From positions 101,680,001-101,744,000 of the forward strand of contig NC_092345.1 in assembly GCF_963676685.1 (NCBI RefSeq): a stretch of 64,000 nt of DNA. Reading direction: 5' to 3'. Under the pieces are notes generated by a model. It was not told the origin of the DNA. It made no database searches and saw only the letters and a program-made list of their open reading frames with translations. Both the position numbers and the translations under genes were made by a program. Origin of the DNA: Mytilus edulis. Taxonomy: Eukaryota. Positions 45,001 to 57,000 of the stretch are shown here, piece after piece. Position 1 is the first letter of the stretch, and the number at the start of each line of letters is the position of its first letter.

Positions 45001-48000
45001 ATTAAAATAATATATAATTGTGTAATTTTTTATGTATCCTACCTTAAATACTTCTGGTATATCCACATAAGCTGGATTGCTTGTATTTATGGACATAAAA
45101 CATGAAAAGTTAGCACTGGCTTGGATAAGCTTCCCATTGAACATGATGTTACCAAGCATCTGCTGCTCATATTCTGTTTCCTGGAGAAGCTTGCTATAAT
45201 CTGGTGCTGTTGACCTTTTGTTTTTACTTTTAACATGTTCTGAAATAAAGCAGGAGCAAATATAAGGTTAGTTATAAATAAGCAAACATATATATGTGAC
45301 TCAAACACCTGTTTTAACTTTAAAAAGAAAATGATTGAATTCTATAGTGTCAATACAGTTCAGAAGAAATGAAATTTTTGGTTTAGAATACTCCTTTTTA
45401 ATATACATGTATTTCTTCTGTTATGGAATTCTTTATTTTATTGTTTTTCAAAAAAATTTCCAAAATCATTTTCCAATGAGCAAACTTAAAGCCCATAGAA
45501 AAGGTAAAGTAAATTTAAAATTATTGTGAGGTTTTTATTAATGCAATGATGTGGCTGGAAGAGTATGGCAATATTAAGAACTCAGATTTTATATCTGATA
45601 CATATAGATATGTATGCTGCTTTTCCCCTAAATCACAATAAGATACCTCACATTTAGTCCATTCTTTGAAATTCCCAATAATAAATGCAAGTAATAATTT
45701 CGTTAAATGTTTAATTTTTTTTCCAATGTTGAAGTCCATTCAAAAGGTATAATGACTTAAGTATGAGTAGTAATAGAGCTAGCTACAAGAGTATTTAACT
45801 CAGCATATATTATTTTTAGGAGTGAAACATTTTGGTTATAGAAACAAAATAAAACAAAACTAAACAATAAAGACATATCAATGAAACAACTTACAGACAT
45901 GAATGCCACATAAGATAAAGTCAATGAAACAGCAATTAGTAAACAAAATGGACATTTACAGCTGGTCGATTGTTATTATATATTCTGTGCAGTTTTTAGA
46001 TGTGCATCAATAAAAACAAAAGTGAAGGAAACAATAAGGTTATGGTAATTCAGGGTTGGTTCTTACCTAATATTTCATCTAGAAATAAATATAACTTCTT
46101 GTCAATCAAATCCCAAACACAATATGGATACAAATGTGTTTGAAAAAATCGTAATATGAAATTTCACTGGATTATAATCCATACACAGTAAAATAAAACT
46201 CTTCTTGGTATAGGTAGTGTATATATTTAGCCATACCTGTCAACCTCTGAAAATGAAAAGTCAGGTCATGACCTGCATTGAGAAAAAAAATCTCAGGTCA
46301 TAACGCGTACGACATTTTGCGGGCTCAATTGAAGAACAAAAATATGTTTACATATAATTTATATAGTCAATATGTATATGAAACAGTAAGAACATGTATA
46401 CAAGTTTATTTCAGACTATTGTTATATTCCATAGTAGCAGACTTGGCATTCTTTAAAAGAACTGCACTTGGTTTCAGTTCATAGCAATGCAAATGTGTAT
46501 TCATTTTACAAGAAAGAAGAGCACACAGTGTATCCTTATTAAGATCAGCCCTAAACTCTGTAGCTATTTTCTTTACTAAAGAAAATGCCCTCTCACTGTC
46601 TGCATTGCTGTTTGGCAAAACCAGTAATGTTTTAGCAAGTTTTGACAAAACAAAAAATCTTGGCTTGTTAAGAAAAATGTCATGCAACTTGGACATTTCT
46701 CCCCAAAATGTACCAATGTCAGTTTCAGGGGAAGTGCAAAGTGGAAGTTCATCTAATGGGGTCAACTGATAGTCACTGAACTCATCTTGTAGCTGTGTTG
46801 TCTCTTCATATCGTTACGTAGCTCAGGTAAACAGTCCTACATTTTGACTTTTGGTTACATTGAAAAAGACCGATAAAACCGAAGGTCGTATTACTTCTAA
46901 ATACCGGAAACAATTCGGTAAGAAATCCGGGTGAAACGGGTAATGTTAGAAATTCCCGGGACCCGCCGGGTAAAGAAAAACTCCCGGGTGAGAGGTGAAA
47001 ATAACGGGTGTCACCCGCAAAAAACGGGTGAGTTGACAGGTATGATTTAGCTTTAAGGTGGTACCTAACACTACAGGGAGATAACTCTGTAAAATCAGCT
47101 AAACGTTTTAATTACGTTGTGTTGTAAAGGGAATATTAAGCATCCCAATGATCAAAATTAGTGTTTGTCAAACTGCTATGTAACCAGTGTAATTTTTCAG
47201 ATAAATTGGTTGGTTCAAATGTTTCTAAATTTTTATATTTTTGTCGAAAAGTCATAGTAAATACTTTGAAAAAAAATTTAAATGAGCCAAATTAATTTAA
47301 GTTAAGGTATTGGTACCACCTTAAATAAAGGAAACCAAATATCTTGCTTGATAGCTAATATTCCAAATAATCCATTTGCTATGATAGGTCCAGAGCTAGT
47401 AGTTCAGAAATTCTACAAATCCTAAACTGATGACAGCATCTCTTTTGATAATATACATTTACGTGGAAGTAAAACAAAACACTGTTGATGGCTAAAACTT
47501 TCCTACCAAACAATATTTGGTTACATGCCCACAATTTTTGCAAAAATTCCCTTTAATCAATAATAGACTTTCAAGATATAAATTAGTATTATACCATAGA
47601 ACAATGGTGGTGGTCTGTTATTCTTGTATAAATCTGATTCTTTGATCTCTATTTCTTTCTCTATTGAATGTCTTCTTCTTCTGTCTTTCTCTGAAACCCA
47701 GGCATCTTCAAAGTATGTCACAAGACCTTTCTCCTGTGGAAAATAAAATCTAAACATTAAACGACAAATACTATATAGATGATTGTTTTATATTTCTGTA
47801 AGATACATTTGTAAGAAATATGTTCATCAGACAACATACATGAAAAACTTAAATGGCACATACTAAGCATAAAATAAAACTCATGCTAACCTCAATCTAA
47901 TTGATTTAAAAAGTGAGTTTATGTTAAAAGACTGTTGTGGTAAACATGAAGTTTAACCAAAGTCATTCAGGCATGTGTTGTACTTTATATCTTAAACATG

Positions 48001-51000
48001 AAGTTTAACCAAAGTCATGCAGGCATGTGTTGTACTTTATATCTTTATATCATTCCACTAAACATGAAGTTTAATCAAAGTCATGCAGGCATGTGTTGTA
48101 CTTTATATCTTTATATCATTCAGGCATGTGAGAAATGATTTGAAGGCAAAAAAATTTAAAAATAAAAAATATATGGGACTTCCTTATATTTATTTCTCAT
48201 ATAATATATCATATCCCTTAACTTTGTTAACTTTATGTACCACACCAATTCTGTCTCTCACTTGAATAATAGTAAAACAGTGCCTACACTGGAACTGACA
48301 TCATGTGTTCACATATTGAACTCCACAGTCGTAAAACAGTATTATAATACTTATTACTATGGTAGACTTCTAGGCATCGAATGATACAGTTTTAGGTCTT
48401 ATTACGGTATATGGTTAGGAGTGTAGGCCAGGGATCAAATATTCAAGGTACTTACATTGAATCCATGAGGCACAGTATTTTGTCGTTCTGTTTTCATAGA
48501 AGCTGTAGGCAGGGGATGAAGTGTTGTCAAAGAATTTCTGCGTATAACTTTGTCACCAATGCCTGCTTTCTGTAAGTATCAGACAGTATGGATAAAAAAT
48601 CTCGTAAATATGTGATAATTTGAGATTAAAAAAAGTTTGCTGGAGATATTAATTTATTTTATATATTTTATCTTATACTATATATTATTCATTTAATTCT
48701 ATCAACACAACTATTCTAAGAATGTTTTGTTTTGTTTTGTTTTGGAAAAGCAGTTATGTTTCTTAGATAAAATAACAGTATGTTGCATGAGCAAAAAGAG
48801 CTTGATCTCACTGAATCAATTGTAGGCCATTAACTATTGACAACATATTATATATGGTAAGAGATCATTTTACTACAATCAAATTGTACACAAAAAAATA
48901 ATAAGGATTTTCTGTGCAACTTGTAGAAGATTTATGATGTTTTAATTCCCTACAAATATATAAGAAAGTCATACAGTTTGAGAAGCTGTTCACTGTAAAA
49001 GCAAGCTAGCTAGCATTATGGTGATTTTGTAGGCTAAATATATCATTTATCTATCAGCGCAGAAGTATTTGTAACAAAATCTATGTGTGATAATATCTCA
49101 TAGCATGAATTTAACACTGCTGATATTGTCTATTTGTGAACTCGCAAATCAGTTTTGTCATATCATGCATAAGGCCAATTAATATTAATGTTTTTAAATT
49201 TCCTTTATTGGTTTTTATCTTTATCACCCTTACCTTTATTTTTAAGTCCATTCCCCTTTTTTAAATCATTTACAAGAGAAAAAATTGAACTGTAAACCAT
49301 TTTAAGTGACCGATACTATTAAGATTGTTACAGGAACATTTAACTATGATAGCTGTGAACATATTGAAATCTAAATTGTCCAGAACAAACATTAACAATT
49401 CTTAGGTGTAGTTACCTCATTGTTACTTCTAATTATTAATTTCAAAATTTCACTTGCAATAACACAGGTTCAATGGTTTCTGAAGAAAAATTTACTGTCG
49501 GAAGTGTAAAGTAAAAAATGTCAAAATAAGCTGACTTTAATATTCCTTGGCCTAAGCAGTAATGCTCAATCTGGCTGTTCTAAATAAGGGAGATAACTTG
49601 CAATAAAGCTGATATCCTACAATAAAACACTGACATACCACTGAATACATCTGTAAATCAAATCAGTTATAAATGTTATAAGGGGAGATAACAAAGGTTA
49701 GTCAATATCCAGGAATATACAATGTTTAAGAAAAAAATGGATATATTAAAAAATATAAAAACTGCTACAAAAAAGACTAACATAGGAAAAAAATTAGTTC
49801 TGATTTATATCAGACAATGGCATAAATATTATGGAAGCAAAAAGGAAACTGAATAAATTAAAAAACAAAATGGTTATGCATTTCAACATGTTAAATCATT
49901 AAAAGGATATAAAAAATAAGCTTAATATATATGCTTAAAAAATATGTATTACAGTAAAACTTAATCTCAATGTGATGGACATGTAATATCATCAAGGATG
50001 AAGAATAACCACAATTCTTATCAGTAATTAACTAATTTTCTTTTAAATGTGGGTATACAATACAAAGAAGTTTAATTCAATCAGGGAATTACTGCCTGGC
50101 AGATTAAAATATTGCTTACATGATACAACTAAACATTTTATTATAAGTTCTTGACCAAATATCAATTTGTCATTCCGAAAAAGCTGAGTAATATGTTATA
50201 AAATGTACGGAAGACAATGTGGATAGACTGAGCAAAGGGACAAGGGTCTTATCCTACCAATACAATGAGTGGAGTTAAAATATTTTTAAATTATAATTAG
50301 TATTACAGGTATTCCAAGTTTTACTGTAATTTCTTTGTTAGTAGAAACATATTTTATCGAAGCAGTAAAAGTGGATATTTGAGCACTTACTTTATCAAAT
50401 CTTGGTTGACCTCTAATCTTGTACTGGTTTTCACTACAGACTTGTAATGTCTTCAGGGCCGTCCTGATGTAGTCAAAGTGTTGAGCTGTTACAGACATTA
50501 ACCCTGTCATATACAAAATATAAGTGTTGAGCTGTTACAGACATCAACCCTGTCATATACAAAATATAAATTAGTTGCTGCATATCAAGTTATTGTGTGC
50601 TTGTTTGTCTTGAAAGACAAAATGCTGTTATATACTGAAAACACAATAATCTTCAAATGAATAACAAATGTATTCTTATTTTTAATTTAGGAATTTTTTA
50701 TTTTCTATACCTTGAAAACCATCTGACTATAACTGGTTGAGGGATAATTATTTTTCCATGACTGTATTATGCCTTACCTCTAGTTAGTCTGTCTATGTCA
50801 TCAAACAAGACGCCAGTCCCTGACTGTACCATGCCTTACCTCTAGTTAGTCTGTCTGTGTTATCAAACAAGACGCCAGTCCCTGACTGTACCATGCCTTA
50901 CCTCTAGTTAGTCTGTCTGTGTCATCAAACAAGACACCAGTCCCTGACTGTACCATGCCTTACCTCTAGTTAGTCTGTCTGTGTCATCAAACAAGACGCC

Positions 51001-54000
51001 AGTCCCTGACTGTACCATGCCTTACCTCTAGTTAGTCTGTCTGTGTCATCAAACAAGACGCCAGTCCCTGACTGTACCATGCCCATCATATATTGAGTCA
51101 TCATTGGCAGTGTTATGTCTTCATTACAATTGACAGTTACAAGATTTCTACCAAATAACTACAAAATATTTGAATGGTCATTTTTTAGGCATGATTTCAA
51201 ACAATATGAAAGAAATTTATCAACACAAGTGCACACCCTGAAATGTCTGACCTAGACCTCAGTAAAGCTAATGATCATGATTGAAAAAAAAAATATATTT
51301 TCAAATGTTTGCTCCAGATGCAATCTTTTCTGTCAAAGCAGGCAAAACTAAAATGCTATCACTGCCTTTAAAAATAAATAATACTTATGAATCATAACTT
51401 TGCTTAAATAGTTCATTGTGAATTTCAGATATTGCAGATTAAAAGACCTTTACAGTATAACTTCATTAGTTAGAGCATCAAACAGCAATACAATGTCTTG
51501 TTATCAGTTTCCCAGAGTTTATAGGCACTGAACACCAATAAAATAATGTACCTGTATCAGTTTTCCAGAGTTTATAGGCATTGAACAGCAATAAAATAAT
51601 GTACCTTCATCAGTTTTCCAGAGTTTATAGGCATTGAACAGCAATAAAATAATGTACCTTCATCAGTTTTCCAGAGTTTATATGGACATAAAGTTAAGAC
51701 AACATACCTTCATCAGTTTTCCAGAGTTTATATGGACATAAAGTTAAGACAACATACCTTCATCAGTTTTCCAGAGTTTATATGGACATAAAGTAAAGAC
51801 AACATACCTTCATCAGTTTTCCAGAGTTTATATGGACACAAAGTTAAGACAACATACCTTCATCAGTTTTCCAGAGTTTATATGGACACAAAGTTAAGAC
51901 AACATACCTTCATCAGTTTTCCAGAGTTTATATGGACATAAAGTTAAGACAACATACCTTCATCAGTTTTCCAGAGTTTATATGGACACAAAGTTAAGAC
52001 AACATACCTTCATCAGTTTTCCAGAGTTTATATGGACATAAAGTTAAGACAACATACCTTCATCAGTTTTCCAGAGTTTATATGGACACAAAGTTAAGAC
52101 AACATACCTTCATCAGTTTTCCAGAGTTTATATGGACACAAAGTTAAGACAACATACCTTCATCAGTTTTCCAGAGTTTATATGGACATAAAGTTAAGAC
52201 AACATACCTTCATCAGTTTTCCAGAGTTTATATGGACACAAAGTTAAGACAACATACCTTTATCAGTTCCTTAACTGTTTCTGATTTACCAACACTAGCT
52301 GGTCCAATCAGAGTAGCACATTGGAAGTATTTAAGGGCTTGTGTCAAAGATAAGAAGGCTCTGTCAGTCAATGGTGTAAGAACCAGTCTCTGTATTGGAC
52401 CTTGATATTCATAATCATAACTAAACTGGTTCCCTAGTTGTTGGAGATAACACAGACTAAAATGATAATCTGTGGATACAGTCGTCTTAGTCCTGGTCAG
52501 CATTGGTGGTTCTTCTACAAAAAAATACACTTAAGCTTCAAAATTTTATAAACATTTATATGTTGAAAATGCTATCAGTTTACACTGGATCAGTGTTTTT
52601 TTTCTGAACTTATAGTTTACCAGCCATGTTTTCAAATTCCCCATGTGAAATTTCAAGCAAAAGAGGACCTAATGCATTCTGTATTAGTTTTCACTCCTTT
52701 GAATGTTTGTTGGAAGTACTATTCACAGATTCAACCATTTCTAATCAATTATCATATTAATGATGTAAATGTTTTATAAATTTGGTTTATATGAATTCCT
52801 TGTGCAGGGCTATACTTAACAATAAAAGTATCAGATAGACAGACAGAAAAACTGGTGAACAGACAAGATCTTTGAAGTATATGACCCCCTTCATAAGTAA
52901 GCTATGATAAAAAAAAAGTTTTTCAATAAACTGCTTGACTTAATTATCACTAAATAAGTGTAGAACAAACCTATGGTTGCCTCAACTCTTGGTTTGGCAA
53001 GAGTTGTCTTTCTTACTCTACTTCCTTTCCTTCCTACTTGAAATGGTAGTATCTCTACATCTACAGCTTCAGTCTTAGCTCGGAGGACAGTATGGATGTC
53101 CATACGATACCTCAGACTAGCCTGCCATTCAAAGTTGCCTTCATCATCAGTTCCATCAGCAATCATTTCTGCAACAAAATAATGTATTGTATGTAAACAC
53201 ACTGGGAATAAATAGAAATGTAGTGTATAGATGAAGGAGATGACGCTCTATATTGTTCACTTTTTAATTAAGGTAATAATTATTTTCATGGTTTGTTTGC
53301 AGGCTTGTTTTGTCTATTCTCAATGATATAGAACTTCCAGTGAAGCTGCCAAAAAATTAAATAGTCAAATAAATTTGTAAATATGAATACACAAAGGATG
53401 TTAATTATTCTCACTAAATATGAATACAAGTGTTATTTTCTATGTCAAGGTGAAAATGTAAAAACAAGCATTTAAAAATGTATGTATCATATGTATGCTA
53501 CAACAGAAGGCACATCAAAAAGATTTTCATTCAAAGAGCTATAACTCTGTTAAAAGCCACAATGTCTATATGAAATATAAGATTTTTCAACAAGGCTAAT
53601 TAGCTGTTTTTCAGACTACATTAGTCAACTTGAATGCAGCATTTAATTGTTAGAGAATTAATATTAATGATTTTTTTTTTGAAGTGGCCATTATATAGAT
53701 GTCATTAAGGTCTCCTCAACAACTCATGAGAAACAGTTTAGTTTCTGAAAAAATCAGAGAAGATTGTGGAGCAAATGATAAATGTAGACCAGTTTGTGAA
53801 TCTTATATAAACCACAACTTACTATCTAGCATATCTCTCTGATGTAGTGTCTGTTTTATCAGATTACACAATAACACACTCAATCGTTTCATGACATCTT
53901 CTGCAACATTTCCCTTCATACCATACGTCTCTCTAAGGACTTCCACATACTGGTCTAACTTGGAGGTGGTATTCATTCTAGCATCACATAAAGATATATC

Positions 54001-57000
54001 AAATAACATTTTTATAGAAGTGGAGTTCATATCATCATGACATTGTGAAGTTACATTAGAATAACAATTTCATAAACTACCCCAACCAGGACAGTATTCA
54101 TCTTATTATAACACACAAAGTTACATTTAAACAATAATTGAAAACCCTGGTAATATCATATAAATATTTCAAAACAGTATAAATATCATAAATTTACCAA
54201 TTTTAATCATTTTCTGTTAATAGTATAAAAAAAGCAAATATAATAGTTTGCAATAATAACAGAATTAATTTATCATTTAGTGATTTTAGACTTTGTCAAA
54301 TGAAACTATGAAATTTATACATCTATCTTTAATCTCTTTTGAACAATACAAGTAAAGTACATTTAAACAAAAGCAATCTTTATTACTTTTAATTCTAGGA
54401 TGCTTCTATTAAAAATATTAAATGATTTTATGCATTACCTTAAAAATTTCATTTCCTCAATGTCTGCCTTCTCAAAACATTTAGAAACTGATCTTGCCCA
54501 GAGGATAGCTTCAGACACAAGGACACACTGAACAGGGAAACGTAACAGCCAGTGACGGAAGGTCTGTTTAATGTCTGTGGTTATCTCATGTTCTCTAGGA
54601 GTTAATGGTTTATTTAACTTGGCTAACTCCTCTAATAGATGTATTGGCTGTCGAGATCCTGTAGACAATCAGACATTGTGTCAACCTTCATTTTATGTTT
54701 TTCTATTCATTGTAATTTGAGTACATGAACATTTTATTTATATTACTTAATGACTCAGTCTAGATTTGCACAATAAGAAATGTCTGTTTTGGGACATTTT
54801 TTCTCTCTTTCTCATTTACTGAAATATAAGCCTAACTTCTCTGTAAGGTAAAATTTCTAATTCTGGAAAAAAAGTTATACAAAAGGAAATCTTTTGTACT
54901 GGAGACCTTGTCATGATTTTGATGAAACTAATTCCTCTACCATTTTTTTCTTAGTAATTTGTAATTTTGTCATATCATATGTTTTCCTTTTCATTTGCCA
55001 GATTTTATGAGGTGTATCTTGAGCAAAGTATTTCAAATGATATTTACTGGGTTTTTTTTAATGTCTAATCAGGTAAATTCCCTTTACAATAAACAATTTA
55101 ACCCTTGGTCTGATATCTACAGAAAAAAATATATGGAATGGGTTACACAAAAAGTTTTAATTTTACTAGAAGTTAACCATACTGATCCTGGCATAAAAAC
55201 CTCCATTTTGGTTTCTATATAAAATGACATATTTTATAACAATCATTTTTAATACCTTCTTCCATCCTGGCTTGTACACAGCATTGAAGGATAACGGTCA
55301 TGGTATTCTTCATGTTCTGTTCCAGACATTTAAGCCATTTGGTTGCCTTCTGATGTGCCTGTACTCTGACAAAGAATGGTACATCTTCTTCCAATAATCC
55401 CTTCATTCCAGTTAACTCCAATTTGTCAGCTGAAATGATAATAAAACAACTTTTGAAATGTGAAATCCCAATTAATATTAAATTAAAATGATTTTAACTG
55501 TATCTAAATAATCACAATTATCTTTTGACTCTTGTCTTATGTGACTTATATCATCTTACCTACTTTGTCTCATGTGACTTATATAATCTTACCTACTGTG
55601 TCTTATGTGACTTATATCATCTTACCTACTGTGTCTTATGTGACTTATATCATCTTACCTACTGTGTCTTATGTGACTTGTATCATCTTACCTACTGCAG
55701 GGCTTCCAAAAAACATTTGAGCCAGCCGGACATTTTATATTGGATCCCGATTTTAATCCCTTAAGACTAAGTCACAAAAGGCAATTATGGTAATCAGATG
55801 GCCATTCCAATGATAATGACATTAGATTAAAAAACGATTTTAAACTTTACTTTGTTTTGGATGTTTGGATGTAAACTGTTAAATTGGTAGTGTATCATTC
55901 AAAGTGTGCACATCAGCGTGCTCATATCTGCCATAGACTCTTTATTTGTGCAAAATGACATGACAATGGTAAAACATGGACCGTAAACGGATACGTAAAA
56001 TCCGTGTACGTTTGCAAAGCATGACTGAGTGAAGAAGCTCTTTCCACGTTATTTCTTCAACAAAATGCTTGAAATGAACGTTAAGATACAGGTATCAATG
56101 ATAATTTTAGCATTTTGAAGAAATAAAGGATGCATAATTATCATTTCCCACCTTTGCACATGCGCACACGTGTTCTAGTTCATTCGACGTAGTTCTGACG
56201 ATTTTTCATTTAAACCTTTTAAATTTTTTTATCAAATCATGTAGATAAACTAATTTCTTATAATTTTAATCTTTTGGACTAAATCAATGAGCTACAAACC
56301 GCTGAAATGTAAGAAAATAATTGTGAATAGACCAATCAATTTATACGATGTCCGGTACTGAACATAGTTTACCTGTCAACTGAACAGGTAGATATCACCT
56401 GTCCAACAACTAATTAGCCTTGATTAAAATTAGAAAGTATTGAAGTAGAGGTTGTTTTGATAGTAATTAATCATCATGTCACTTTTATGACCGGAAATGT
56501 GTAGATGTTAAAGGCAAAAGGTTGGGTCAAAAAGATCTTGACTTATGTTAAAATGACCGAAAAAGCCTTGAAAACTAAAATGTATATGACCGTTTCATGC
56601 TTTGCCCAGCCGGACTTTTACCGGACATTAATCAAATGTCCAGAATATATAACCGTTTTGGAAGCCCTGACCTACTGTGTCTCATGTGACTTATATCATC
56701 TTACCTACTCGGCTACTGAACTGAAATATATTGTTAATTATTTGATAATTTGTACCTGTTATATAATAAACATTCCTAAATACAAAACTTATTTAGACAA
56801 ACAATCTTTACCATTTAATGCAAAATCCAAATTAGTATTCATGCTTGCTATGCCAGAGGGTAATGCATAACTAAGATCTTGTATTCCAGGGAAAACTTTC
56901 ATAGCACAGTCCTGCAAAGCTTTAGGGTTTCTAGATATACCCAGAACCTCCACTAGTTCTTCATTGCTGATGAAATATAGACGTGGGAACTCCATACGAG

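Noticed and set aside
30603-52270. Regularly spaced repeats resembling CRISPR arrays
   Set aside because: Units are head-to-tail with no unique spacers, there are no cas genes, and the context is eukaryotic introns.
55761-56551. Possible nested TTAA element inside the hAT MITE (TTAAGACTAAGTCA ... TGACTTATGTTAA)
   Set aside because: The inverted match is short and imperfect; it cannot be supported without genomic copies.
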